Shown here: one piece after another, positions 38,810 through 48,823 of the stretch
Layout: each line of letters starts with the position of its first letter
Position numbering within the stretch: position 1 is the stretch's first letter
Assembly (NCBI GenBank): GCA_964514585.1
Contig: CAZETU010000005.1
Span: 1-64,000, forward strand
Direction of reading: 5' to 3'
Source of the DNA: Candidatus Woesearchaeota archaeon
GTDB lineage: Archaea > Nanobdellota > Nanobdellia > Pacearchaeales > GW2011-AR1
DNA: 64,000 nucleotides
Notes under the pieces: generated by a model
The model's input: only the letters and a program-made list of their open reading frames with translations
Told to the model about the DNA's origin: nothing
The model's database searches: none
Made by a program: the position numbers and the translations under genes

Positions 38810-39535
38810 TCATTCACCAGTTATCCCTTCAACCGTTTTATGCAAAACTTGTCTATCAACCGATTCCTGAGATTTCGCCTTCTTATCAGTTTTCTCCCGA
38901 ATCCCAGAAAGAATCTTCTTCATAACCTGAGGAAAGAAAATAGCTAAAATAACACCAGCAATCACAATTCCCAAAATTCCAATCCAACCATAATCCCAAA
39001 CAAAATTAAGAGTAGTATGGGAAAACCTTCCCAAATTCAAAGGAACCTTTAAAACCAAAATAAAAGCAAATAAAACCAACCCAATAATTTGAGCAATCGA
39101 AAGAGGTATTAAATCCAAGTTGTCAGTAGGGTTCCCCTTGACTTCTTTAAATGCAAAAACAACATCATAAATCATCTCTCCCACAACCCCATTCAAAGCC
39201 TGAGCCAAAAAGAACAGCCAAAAATAAAGCACAAAAGCAAACAACCAAGTAATCGAAGGCACCATTCCAAAAACCACTTTCAACCAAACCGCGTTCTCCT
39301 CAAGCCACATATTAATCGCATCAATCCGAATCTCAGCCTCAGACTTACCAAAAACCCTACTAGGGTCAAACTTCCCACTCTCTGGATCAATCGGAATCTT
39401 CTTCTTCATATCCTGCAACTTGTCATAATCTTCACTATCAACTCCAGTGTCAAGCGGCTTAATAGCAACAACAGTTACAAACATAAAAACAACAATCAAC
39501 AAAACCCACAACTTTTTCATAATTTCTTTAAGCAC
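38810..39535 (-). CDS. Secreted-N-terminus multi-pass membrane protein
   Basis: Signal peptide MKKLW..VVA, soluble stretch, 3-4 TM segments, basic tail. Confidence 0.7.
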   Translation of the reverse strand: MLKEIMKKLWVLLIVVFMFVTVVAIKPLDTGVDSEDYDKLQDMKKKIPIDPESGKFDPSRVFGKSEAEIRIDAINMWLEENAVWLKVVFGMVPSITWLFAFVLYFWLFFLAQALNGVVGEMIYDVVFAFKEVKGNPTDNLDLIPLSIAQIIGLVLFAFILVLKVPLNLGRFSHTTLNFVWDYGWIGILGIVIAGVILAIFFPQVMKKILSGIREKTDKKAKSQESVDRQVLHKTVEGITGE

Positions 39536-39591
39536 CTCTAACTTTTAAATCTTGTGAGAAACTATTTAAACATCCCACGACTATAAACAAC

Positions 39592-40233
39592 ATGAAAAGA
39601 GGCCTCATAACACTAACCCTACTGTTCCTATTATTCAGTCCAATAGTCTTAGCAGCTAACGATACAGTAGATCAAACAAAAGAAAAACTAAGCGCACTAG
39701 CAGGCGGACTAGACGAACAAACAGAAGACATTTTAACAAAAGAAGCCCCAGTCCCCCCTGTCATAAGACCATTTCTCAAATTCATATTCGGAGTTGACGA
39801 AGGAGCAACTTGGCAAGAATTAATTGTAACGCTAGGAGTTTGGATAGGCTTCTTCATATTAATCTTAGGCATAACCGGATTTTTCCCATTTTTCAAAGAG
39901 GATTTCGTAAAATTTTTAGTATCAATTATAATAACAACTCTAGTCTCAATCACAGGATCTCTAAACATTATGGCAACATTCTTCTTCGATGTAGCCGGCT
40001 TCTTCGAGTGGACAGCTTCATGGGGACCCCTACAAACAATAATAGCAATATTGTTAGCGGGATTAACAATCGCCGCAGTCAGTTGGTTTTCACGTAAGTT
40101 TAGAAATAAAATAAAAATTGGAAAAGCAGAAGAAACAGGAAGAAAATTAAAAGAAGGTTCTGAAGATGCAGAAATATTATCAGAAGGAGTTGAGAAAATA
40201 GCAAGTAAAGCATCAAGCAAAAAGCAATCGTAG
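39592..40233 (+). CDS. Secreted-N-terminus multi-pass membrane protein
   Basis: MKRG..VLA signal peptide, three TM segments, charged tail. Confidence 0.7.
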   Translation: MKRGLITLTLLFLLFSPIVLAANDTVDQTKEKLSALAGGLDEQTEDILTKEAPVPPVIRPFLKFIFGVDEGATWQELIVTLGVWIGFFILILGITGFFPFFKEDFVKFLVSIIITTLVSITGSLNIMATFFFDVAGFFEWTASWGPLQTIIAILLAGLTIAAVSWFSRKFRNKIKIGKAEETGRKLKEGSEDAEILSEGVEKIASKASSKKQS

Positions 40234-40280
40234 TCAACTCAATAATGAGAAGCAAATAAAAGATTTAAAAATTAATTATC

Positions 40281-41087
40281 TTAATTCTTAAACCCAGCCA
40301 CATAATCTTCCTGATCTTCTTTAGAAAGTTTATCAAAAGCCGCCGCCGTCATATTTGAATAATCAATCGACTTATTAAGTTTACTAACTGCAGCCTGTTT
40401 TCTTTCTTTGTATTTAGCATGAAGGTATTTGGCAGCCAACCAAGTCCCTAATCCAAGTGCCCAAGCAAGTGATATGAGCACGGTTATTATATAAATATAC
40501 CCAAGATTAGAACCTTCAGGAAGATTCAGCCATCTATACAAAAGATATACTGAAAACAAAATCATCAAAGGTTTATCTATAATTTTAGAAACTTCAGGAT
40601 GAGATTTTTTCAGTTCCCAACTAAAAACAAGTAATATTACTAAAGGAATAACAGAGGTTAAGGCAACTCCCAAAGCCTCATAGCTAGTTAAGATAGCCAT
40701 CACGTCAGCACTAGGTATAAAGATAAAAGAAAGTATTCCAACTATAATAGAAACACCCCATCTAGCAACATCTTTACCCTCTCCTTTTAGAAAAGGTAAT
40801 TCAGATGCAACAGCATAAACCATTAAAATAACAAGAAGAATAAATAATATTCTAGCAAAAGAGGCCTTCGCAGAATCAGAAACACTAGAAAAACCACCAA
40901 TATTAATTTTTTCCAGAATTCTAGAACCAACTGTTCCGCCTCCACTCTCAGCAACATAATCAGCAGCTTCCTTTTCGGCAGTACTCTCATCCGCAGCAAC
41001 AACAAACCCGCTCATCAAACTAACTAAAAATAATCCCAAAATAACTAAAACAAAAACCTTACTCATTCCCCTCTTGTCTACAACCAT
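40281..41087 (-). CDS. Secreted-N-terminus multi-pass membrane protein
   Basis: Probable start MVVDKRG; FARILFILLVILMVYAV similar to 41318 ORF. Confidence 0.7.
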   Translation of the reverse strand: MVVDKRGMSKVFVLVILGLFLVSLMSGFVVAADESTAEKEAADYVAESGGGTVGSRILEKINIGGFSSVSDSAKASFARILFILLVILMVYAVASELPFLKGEGKDVARWGVSIIVGILSFIFIPSADVMAILTSYEALGVALTSVIPLVILLVFSWELKKSHPEVSKIIDKPLMILFSVYLLYRWLNLPEGSNLGYIYIITVLISLAWALGLGTWLAAKYLHAKYKERKQAAVSKLNKSIDYSNMTAAAFDKLSKEDQEDYVAGFKN

Positions 41088-41317
41088 AACAAACCCACAC
41101 GATAATTCTTTATAAATATTTCTAAACTCCACAACAACATAGGTACCATGGAAAAGTCAATATACTTTATCACACAAGTCAAATGTATTATATAATTCCG
41201 AGAGTCGCGTCTCGCGGAATTATGGACATGAGAAAGCAATAGCTTTCTCTTTAGTGAAAATCAAAGATTTTCAACATACAAACAAATCTTTAAAAAGTTC
41301 AAACCTTTAACTCCTAT

Positions 41318-42088
41318 ATGAAAAAGACTCCAGGTGTATTTGCATTCTTATCAATTTTTTTAACTAGTCTCGTCACCGCCGGTCCAATTCAAGGCGTCCA
41401 ACAATTAGCAGATGGCTTCAGAGAAGTTCTTTATATTTTAATCAGATTCATCGGAGACGTAATCTGGGACATAAATTCCTTCGACGAATATCTCTTCGCA
41501 AGACTCCTCCTTGCTCTAGTCATCTTCTTCGTAGTATATACAGTCCTAAGAAGAAACCAAATTTTCGGATCAAACAAAAACATAACAATCATCATAGCTG
41601 CCGCAGTAACAATCCTATCAGTAAAATATATCCCTACAAAATTTGTCGAAGTAATCCTATTACAATACAGCACATTCGCAGTCGCCATAACAACCCTCCT
41701 ACCTCTCCTAATATTCTTCTTCTTCATCTACCAGTCCGGCTTCGGACCCTTCGGCAGAAAAACAGGTTGGCTCGTATACGGAATAATTTTAGTCTCACTC
41801 TATTTATCCCGAGGAGAAAACCTAGGCGAAGCCCAATACGTTTATTATGCAGGAATAATAGCAGTCTTCATCTTCATTGTCTTTGATAAACTTATCGACG
41901 CCCAATTCAAGCAACACGGCAATAACGAACAAAAAAAGGTAATAAAAGACAAAATGAGAAGCCAGGCATTAAATGAATACAACGAACTCAAAGAAAATTA
42001 TAAGAAGGGACATTATGCCGGCAGAGAAAGATTCTACGAAAAAAGAAAAAAACATTGGGAAAAAGTAATCAAAGAAAACACAGTATAA
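41318..42088 (+). CDS. Multi-pass membrane protein (paralog of 40281-41087)
   Basis: FARLLLALVIFFVVYTV..IIAAAVTILSVKYIP. Confidence 0.7.
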   Translation: MKKTPGVFAFLSIFLTSLVTAGPIQGVQQLADGFREVLYILIRFIGDVIWDINSFDEYLFARLLLALVIFFVVYTVLRRNQIFGSNKNITIIIAAAVTILSVKYIPTKFVEVILLQYSTFAVAITTLLPLLIFFFFIYQSGFGPFGRKTGWLVYGIILVSLYLSRGENLGEAQYVYYAGIIAVFIFIVFDKLIDAQFKQHGNNEQKKVIKDKMRSQALNEYNELKENYKKGHYAGRERFYEKRKKHWEKVIKENTV

Positions 42089-42169
42089 CTTTACCTAAAT
42101 CAGTCTCACTTCTTTCTATATCCCCCTATCTTATCAAGAAGATTGAAACAAGAAGTTTATAACTAATAT

Positions 42170-43510
42170 TTAATATCTAGTAAATTCCCCAGCAAAAAAC
42201 CCAGATATATCTAATGGTTGTTTTTCAGGCTTTGTGGTAGTATTCCCTGTCGGCCTGTTGACAACTTTATTATTTTTCTCATAAGTTTTCTTTATTTCTT
42301 TCATAAGTTCCATCTTTTCTCCAATAGTAGTATCTCTTTTCTCCATCGGTTTAATAGTTACTTTCTTACTTGGTAAATAGGGCACATTATATGTACTAAT
42401 AAAAGAATCCCTAACATATCCCCATGCATTTGCCGGGCCATTTTCAGCCACACTCTCCATATTTTCTCTAAAACCATTCTCTTGTGTTTCAATTTTTCTA
42501 TAAACCTCTTCCTCGGCATAACCCTTATACCATCTGCCATGTTTTTTTCTTTTTGCCCATATATCAGCCCATCCATATGCCTCTTCCTTGCTCATTCTCC
42601 CATCCTTTTTCTCTAATTTCTCCACATAGGCAGGGACCTTCTTCTTATCCATTTCTCTAAAATTTCTTACATACACCGCTATCTCTTTTCGTGGCATACC
42701 TTTATCTTTCGCCTCGAATACAAAGTCTTTTAATGTGTCTGTCTGTATATTGTATTTTTTTATTATTATCTTTGTTGGCATATCTTTCATATACCCATTA
42801 TAAACAACTTCATCTTCAACCTCTTGGCCCCCATCTTCTCTCCCCCCACTAGTTTCAATTTCATCAATCACCTCATTTACCTCCCTAATTTCTTCTTCTA
42901 AATCATCTTGGCTGCCCCTATATTTCTGTCTCAAAGGACCAATTTTTTCAGAAGCTTCAGTCAAATATGCCATTAATCCTTCTCGAGATTTACATTCAGG
43001 TAATCCAGAAACAAGAGCTCTATACGCTTCAGCCATCTCACTCCTACCCTCACGTTTCTTCCTAGCTCCTCCACTGACACCTTTTTCAACCTCGCCCTCT
43101 AAACCCTTGCTTCGACCCTTAGACTTTTTCACATCAACACCCTTTCCTCTACTCTCATAAGCTTTTTCTTCCGTCTTATCTTTTCCAGTCTCTCCAGCCA
43201 CCTCATAATCCATAACACTTTCATCTACAGTATGGTTAAAATCATCCTTAGGAAAAATTCTAAAATCATCCTTAGCCACAACCCTAAAATCATGTTCAGT
43301 CTTATAAAAATCTACAACTCCATCAATCCCAACAATAGCCCCAAGCGCATAAGCAGCCAAAAATCCAATTTTCCCAAAAATCCCCTTAGAGCCAAAATCA
43401 ACAGCAATCCTTTGCGAATCTTCTTGAGATCCAGAATAATAATCAAATCCAGCACTATAACCTTCATTAGTTCCCAACCGAGCATCAGCTACAATATCTC
43501 TCAATGCCAT
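42170..43510 (-). CDS. Hypothetical protein, charged/coiled-coil
   Basis: 446-aa ORF with one hydrophobic stretch near the N-terminus. Confidence 0.6.
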   Translation of the reverse strand: MALRDIVADARLGTNEGYSAGFDYYSGSQEDSQRIAVDFGSKGIFGKIGFLAAYALGAIVGIDGVVDFYKTEHDFRVVAKDDFRIFPKDDFNHTVDESVMDYEVAGETGKDKTEEKAYESRGKGVDVKKSKGRSKGLEGEVEKGVSGGARKKREGRSEMAEAYRALVSGLPECKSREGLMAYLTEASEKIGPLRQKYRGSQDDLEEEIREVNEVIDEIETSGGREDGGQEVEDEVVYNGYMKDMPTKIIIKKYNIQTDTLKDFVFEAKDKGMPRKEIAVYVRNFREMDKKKVPAYVEKLEKKDGRMSKEEAYGWADIWAKRKKHGRWYKGYAEEEVYRKIETQENGFRENMESVAENGPANAWGYVRDSFISTYNVPYLPSKKVTIKPMEKRDTTIGEKMELMKEIKKTYEKNNKVVNRPTGNTTTKPEKQPLDISGFFAGEFTRY

Positions 43511-43671
43511 CTTACAACTTCAAATTTAACCCCATTTTCATAATTATATTATGCAAAAATACTATATAAATCTTTCTATATGTCGTCTCTAAGCGATAGT
43601 AACAAAACCTATCAAATAGACAGAATTAACATTACACACTTTAAGTCAACACCAAAAAATAAACCCCAAAA

Positions 43672-43947
43672 TTAATCCTTCCGATACCCAACTATCATTC
43701 TCTTTTTTCCAACGCCTTCATAAATCGGAACTTCAGTTCTTCCCTTCGTTTTATCCTGCCTTCTTCGACCAGTTCCATCAGCCATAGTCAAAACAACTCC
43801 AATCACAACACCAACAATTCCAGCTCCAGCAACATACGTCCCCATTATACCTTCCATCATAGCAATATTCAAACCCAAAGCATCAAATCCCAAGACCATT
43901 AAAACAAGTCCACCAACCGCAAAAACATAACCAATACCTCTATTCAT
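43672..43947 (-). CDS. Small two-TM membrane protein
   Basis: MNRGIG.. hydrophobic segments; C-terminal EVPIYEG..IVGYR. Confidence 0.6.
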   Translation of the reverse strand: MNRGIGYVFAVGGLVLMVLGFDALGLNIAMMEGIMGTYVAGAGIVGVVIGVVLTMADGTGRRRQDKTKGRTEVPIYEGVGKKRMIVGYRKD

Positions 43948-44162
43948 GAAATATACAAGATTTAATTATTTAAAAATCTTACCATCGCCCAGCACTTAGG
44001 CAAATATTACCTTTATCTTGACAATTAAATGTATAATATTTTTCCAGGAGTCGCGTCTCGTGGAAAAATAGATTTATAATTTTTCACAAGAAAAATTATA
44101 CTTAATCTCTTGAAGAGATTAACCACAATAATATTTATAAACAAAGTAAGTTTCCAACAATC

Positions 44163-44348
44163 ATGAATAAATTCATCGGAATCTTAATCGGGTTGGTTCT
44201 TCTTTTAGTACCAATCTATGCATGGATCGTAGACTTTTGGGGCATCAGCACCGCAGCGCTAATCTTCTTCAAAGGCGGCCTAGCGTGGATGTTAATCCTT
44301 ATCGGCGCAGTCTCTCTATTAGTCAGCTTAAGCAGTCTTAAAGAGTAA
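44163..44348 (+). CDS. Small two-TM membrane protein
   Basis: 61 aa, hydrophobic; upstream TATA-like TTTATAAA. Confidence 0.55.
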   Translation: MNKFIGILIGLVLLLVPIYAWIVDFWGISTAALIFFKGGLAWMLILIGAVSLLVSLSSLKE

Positions 44349-44387
44349 TACAATAATTTCTTTAAACTCACAAGTCGATCTTCTAAA

Positions 44388-45587
44388 ATGGATAGCTTGT
44401 GCATTAAGTGTAAAGGAAAAGGTCTCTGCGGAAAACCATGCGAAATCTTAAACAAATTCATAGATAATGCTCCAAAGCCAAAACTCCACTTCTCAGGAAA
44501 ATCAGCACCAGAACTTTTCGTCGGCAGAATCGGTTATCCATTCGTCAACTCCGGAATCCTAGCCCCCTCAGAAAACGACAATATCTCAAATTTCGCAACA
44601 GCCGAAGAATGGTCAAAAAATAATTTCTCAGTAGCCAATGTCCTTCGACTCCGAGGTCAACTAATCTACGGCAAAGGCCAATCCCACATCAAAACCTCAT
44701 CAAAACTAAAACAAGTAACCCAAGAACTAGCCCTCTCATCAAAACCAGTTTCAACAGAATTCTTCCTAAAGAAAAAGCCCACAATGAGTTTTACGCCAGA
44801 CTCAGTCTTCCGACCAATGACAAACCCCGCCCCCATAAAAAAAGTCCTCCTCGAAGAAAACCCAACAGTTTCAAAAAAAGTCGACTACATAACTTCCGAC
44901 TGCGACGTCACAGCAACCGACGCATTACAAGAACTCTATCAATCAAACACAAAAGTCGACCACCTCCAAAAACTCTTATCAATAGGACTCCTTGGTAAAA
45001 AAATCCGAAGACGAATGGTCCCAACAAGATGGAGCATCACAGCAACCGACGACACAATCTCAAAACAACAACTAGAAAAAATAAGATACTATCCAGAAAT
45101 AAACCAAATAATTCTATTCTCAGGAAACTTCGTCGGCAACTACGTCGAAGCACTTCTTCTCCCAGGACATTTTTCATTCGAAGCAATCGAAGCATGGCTT
45201 CCAGGAGCAACCTACACAGGCGACACAGTCCAATTTTCCCAAGACTACGAAACTTTCAAAGGCCGAACAAAATACGCATTCAACGTCACTGGCGGCTACT
45301 ACGCAATGCGACTCCCCTTAACAGAATACTTAAGCAAGATAAAACGCCAAGCAACTTCTCTAATCTTCAGAGAAATAAAACCAGAATACTACGCGCCCCT
45401 CGGAGTCGGAATAGTCAGAGAAGCAACAAGACGAGCTTTCAAAAACCAACCACAAAACTTCGACACAATCGAAGATGCCCTCAAAAACATACAAGGCAGA
45501 ATTTCAGCCTCGACAGAAAAAATCAAAACTGAATCATGGATTCTAAACAACTACGGCAAACAAAAATCCCTCAAACAATTCTTCTAA
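44388..45587 (+). CDS. nreA: Archaeal DNA repair protein Nre (DUF650/DUF651)
   Basis: CIKCKGKGLCGKPC, RRMVPTRWSITATD, GGYYA, PLGVGIVRE, C-terminal PIP box QKSLKQFF. Confidence 0.9.
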   Translation: MDSLCIKCKGKGLCGKPCEILNKFIDNAPKPKLHFSGKSAPELFVGRIGYPFVNSGILAPSENDNISNFATAEEWSKNNFSVANVLRLRGQLIYGKGQSHIKTSSKLKQVTQELALSSKPVSTEFFLKKKPTMSFTPDSVFRPMTNPAPIKKVLLEENPTVSKKVDYITSDCDVTATDALQELYQSNTKVDHLQKLLSIGLLGKKIRRRMVPTRWSITATDDTISKQQLEKIRYYPEINQIILFSGNFVGNYVEALLLPGHFSFEAIEAWLPGATYTGDTVQFSQDYETFKGRTKYAFNVTGGYYAMRLPLTEYLSKIKRQATSLIFREIKPEYYAPLGVGIVREATRRAFKNQPQNFDTIEDALKNIQGRISASTEKIKTESWILNNYGKQKSLKQFF

Positions 45588-45898
45588 TCACCTAAACCCC
45601 AGCTCCCATTTTCCAAACGATAACCATTATTTATCAAATATCTATGCACTTGCTCATAAGTCAATTCTGGAGATTCATTCCGCTTACATTTCCCAGTTAT
45701 TATTTTATACATTGTATTCATCTCAGAAGGAGATGTTCCATCTCTATCATCAGTATCAGCCAATTTTGCAATTTCAGAATAAGCCGCATCATATTTCGCC
45801 CTATCATCGCCCCATTTCCGAATTCCATTCTTAACTCCCGTCGCACCAGCCAATACAATTACAGTAGCCACAAGAAGAGTCAAAGGTCGCTTTCCCAT
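45584..45898 (-). CDS. Hypothetical protein with N-terminal TM
   Basis: 104-aa AT-rich ORF; contains DTDDRDGTSPSE (EF-hand-like loop). Confidence 0.5.
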   Translation of the reverse strand: MGKRPLTLLVATVIVLAGATGVKNGIRKWGDDRAKYDAAYSEIAKLADTDDRDGTSPSEMNTMYKIITGKCKRNESPELTYEQVHRYLINNGYRLENGSWGLGD

Positions 45899-45930
45899 AA
45901 AACACCAAGGACAATTTTCTATATAAACAT

Positions 45931-46953
45931 TTAGATACTCTTCAGCGCCTTATCAATCTCAGAAAATAATTTCCCATAATTAGGATTATACTTCTTCAAC
46001 TTCCCAAGATAAAAATTCAACTTCCCCAAAAATTTTCCAACATCCTTCTCACTCAACTCCTCAGTCCAATCTCCAAACCCAACCTTCTCCAAAAATACAG
46101 CGTTCATGATTTGTTCAATTTGCCCCAACAAAGGAATCGCTAAATAAGGTTTATTCAAATAAATAGCCTCACTCATCAAACTAAACCCCGCTGTCCCAAT
46201 CACACATTTGCAATTTCCCAAATCCCTCAAAAAAGTTTCCCTCGTCCGAAACTCAATATTCCCAACGGTCTTCTTTATATTAAACCCATAAACAACAAAC
46301 TTCTCATCGAACTTCCCCAAAACTTTCAAGCTACTCTTATCACTCTTAGAAAGATAAACCAAAATCGGACCACTAGTCTTCGGCTTCAATTTCTGCACCT
46401 CTCCCCTAACAATCGGCGGCACAATCACGCTATTCTTTTTCCGAGCTTTCAAATTAGCAAACGACGTCACAATAAATTTATCAGCCTTCCGAACAAAAGT
46501 CTTTATAGTTTCTTTAGTCAACAAAAATTCCTTCCGATATTTCCGCGGAACATCAACCTTAAAGTTCGTCAACAAATGCTGATTATCAATACTCACCAAG
46601 GGCAAACGATACCAACAACTTAAAATAGGCACCAACGGTTCCATATCAGAAATACACAAATCAGGCTGAAAATTCTTCATCATGCGATAAAATTTCCGCC
46701 ACCCCAAAAAATTCTTAGGAAAACTTTTCACATTATACCTAAACGTCTTCTTCTTTTTCAAGCTCCCCTTTTCAAAAACCAAATTCAAACCATTAACTTT
46801 CATACAATCAAACTTATCTCTCAAAACATTCCAGCCGTCACCATAGGTCACAATCTTAACCCGATGCCCCCTGTTCTCAAGATACTTCGCAATAAGCAAG
46901 GCTCTAGAAGAATGACCAAATCCAACACCCGCAACACCATACAATATATTCAT
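45931..46953 (-). CDS. MJ1255/VC2487-family glycosyltransferase
   Basis: ILYGVAGVGFGHSSRA, ISDMEP, SIDNQH, TAGFSLMSEA, GQIEQ. Confidence 0.85.
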   Translation of the reverse strand: MNILYGVAGVGFGHSSRALLIAKYLENRGHRVKIVTYGDGWNVLRDKFDCMKVNGLNLVFEKGSLKKKKTFRYNVKSFPKNFLGWRKFYRMMKNFQPDLCISDMEPLVPILSCWYRLPLVSIDNQHLLTNFKVDVPRKYRKEFLLTKETIKTFVRKADKFIVTSFANLKARKKNSVIVPPIVRGEVQKLKPKTSGPILVYLSKSDKSSLKVLGKFDEKFVVYGFNIKKTVGNIEFRTRETFLRDLGNCKCVIGTAGFSLMSEAIYLNKPYLAIPLLGQIEQIMNAVFLEKVGFGDWTEELSEKDVGKFLGKLNFYLGKLKKYNPNYGKLFSEIDKALKSI

Positions 46954-46954
46954 C

Positions 46955-47536
46955 TTAAACAGCCAACCCAATTAAAACACCCTCAATAATCCCAGCAACC
47001 AACAACAAAGGAAAAATAACAAAAACAAAAAACCTCAAACCCTCTCTAAAATTATACCTCAAATTTTTCTTAACATCTTTCCCAAACAGCCCAGTTCCAA
47101 TCTTCAAACCAATTCCAATCGAGAAAAGAATCGCCGGCAATTCAAAAATTCCATGAGGGGCAAGTCGCCATAAAACCAACATCCCACCTTCGTTTACAAC
47201 CTCTCTAGAAACAAACCCAAGCAAATACCCATTAATAATCCCAGTCACCAAAGGAAAAATCCCAGCACCAATCCCAAGAATCATCGCAAAAAAACTCGCC
47301 CTCAAATTATTAAAGAAAATAAAAATTACAATCTCAAAAGAACTCTTCCCCTCAAGCATCGCAACCATCTCCTTCATGAATCCAAAAATCTCACCTCGCC
47401 AAAACACAGGAAAAGCAAACCCTACCAAAAACATCAAAGCAAAAATCCCAAGCGAAAAAACAATATGCCAACGAGACTGAACAAAAAATTTCCAACACGC
47501 CGAATAATTCCTAGCAAAAAATCCCTTCTTCTTCAT
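46955..47536 (-). CDS. SpoIIM-family membrane protein
   Basis: IFFNNLRA, INGYLLG, PHGIFELPA, AGIIEG. Confidence 0.88.
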   Translation of the reverse strand: MKKKGFFARNYSACWKFFVQSRWHIVFSLGIFALMFLVGFAFPVFWRGEIFGFMKEMVAMLEGKSSFEIVIFIFFNNLRASFFAMILGIGAGIFPLVTGIINGYLLGFVSREVVNEGGMLVLWRLAPHGIFELPAILFSIGIGLKIGTGLFGKDVKKNLRYNFREGLRFFVFVIFPLLLVAGIIEGVLIGLAV

Positions 47537-47573
47537 CCCTAATCAAAACATTCAAGTCTTTTATATCTTATTA

Positions 47574-48125
47574 TCAAGCAACCATCTCGCCATAAACCAT
47601 TCTCTTCATTTTTCTTCTGGCAGCATTTAGCCCACTTTTCACAGTCCCAAGAGAAAATTTTTCCAATTCAGAAATTTTACTATACCCCTTCCCTTGTACC
47701 GTACTCATTAAAATTCTCCTCTGTTTATCAGGAAGATCGTCAATTAACCCAAGAGCCAGATCAATAGTATCCTTATCACCAACAACCTCAGTATGATTCC
47801 TATCTCTAGATGGTACCTGTGAAAGAATATCAATCTCACTTCCATCCCCAAATTGATAGTTACCAGAAGAACCCACAGCAGAAACCTGTCTCTGTCTCCT
47901 TCTAATCTCATCAAGACACAAGTTTCGACACATAGTGGCCAAATAAGTAATAGCAGGTCGAGTAGTATCGTAAGTAGTATTATTAAGTGCTCTCACATAA
48001 GTATTTTGACAAACATCCCTAGCATCCTCATCATTAAATCCAAAACTCCTAGCCACACCCATAAGCCTCAGTCTAACAATGTCTATATTCTTCTCTAAAT
48101 AATCAGCTAGTTTATTTTCTCCCAT
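47574..48125 (-). CDS. ECF-type sigma-70 family protein (regions 2 and 4)
   Basis: DEDARDVCQNTYVRAL..TYLATMCRNLCLDEIRRR (region 2); LPDKQRRIL..GYSKISE..SLGTVKSGLNAARRKM (region 4). Confidence 0.82.
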   Translation of the reverse strand: MGENKLADYLEKNIDIVRLRLMGVARSFGFNDEDARDVCQNTYVRALNNTTYDTTRPAITYLATMCRNLCLDEIRRRQRQVSAVGSSGNYQFGDGSEIDILSQVPSRDRNHTEVVGDKDTIDLALGLIDDLPDKQRRILMSTVQGKGYSKISELEKFSLGTVKSGLNAARRKMKRMVYGEMVA

Positions 48126-48176
48126 ACAAAAACTCCATAAAAAACCCTTTAATACTTATCGTTATCAGAGTGAGCA

Positions 48177-48821
48177 CTACTTAGAAAAATATTTACTAAT
48201 CATCTGCGTCTTCCTCGGATACTTCTTCTTAAGATAAAACCCATAGCCAACTCCAACAATCAAACCACCAAGATGAGCAATATTCCCAATAGGAAGACCA
48301 AGCCCAATCGAAAGAGCCCAAAGTGCAACCATCAAAAATACCATCGCAGCCCACATCGGCATAGGTATAACAAAGAAAACCAAAACTGGTAACCGTGGAG
48401 TTAAAACTGCCAAAAGTCCACCAAGTCCAAAAATCGCACCCGAAGCACCAACGGCATAAACATTTAAATCAATCCCAGTCAAACCAGCAATCGCCACAAA
48501 AAACAAACCAGCAAAAAGCCCAGCCCCAAAATAAATAGCCAAAAATCTCTTCTTCCCAACAAGTCTCTCAACAAAACTTCCAATGAACATCAACGAAATC
48601 ATATTCACAAACAAGTGCCCAATCCCCGCGTGCATAAACATGCTCGTAACAAAAGTCCAAAGAGCATGACCAGCCAAAATCATCGAAGGCTGTAAAGCAA
48701 TCAAAGAAATCGCTCGACTCTCATCCATAACATTCATTAAAATCAAAAACAAAACAAAAGCTATAACATTCACACCAATAATAATCCCAGTATAGCTAGA
48801 AAAGATACTCTTATTTTTCAT
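48177..48821 (-). CDS. Rhomboid-family intramembrane serine protease
   Basis: FMHAGIGHLFVNM, GASGAIFG, AHLGG. Confidence 0.93.
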   Translation of the reverse strand: MKNKSIFSSYTGIIIGVNVIAFVLFLILMNVMDESRAISLIALQPSMILAGHALWTFVTSMFMHAGIGHLFVNMISLMFIGSFVERLVGKKRFLAIYFGAGLFAGLFFVAIAGLTGIDLNVYAVGASGAIFGLGGLLAVLTPRLPVLVFFVIPMPMWAAMVFLMVALWALSIGLGLPIGNIAHLGGLIVGVGYGFYLKKKYPRKTQMISKYFSK

Positions 48822-48823
48822 GA

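Noticed and set aside
44041-44066. Origin recognition box (TTCCA..TGGAAA)
   Set aside because: 14-nt spacer instead of about 1 nt, no G-string, and no cdc6/orc1 nearby
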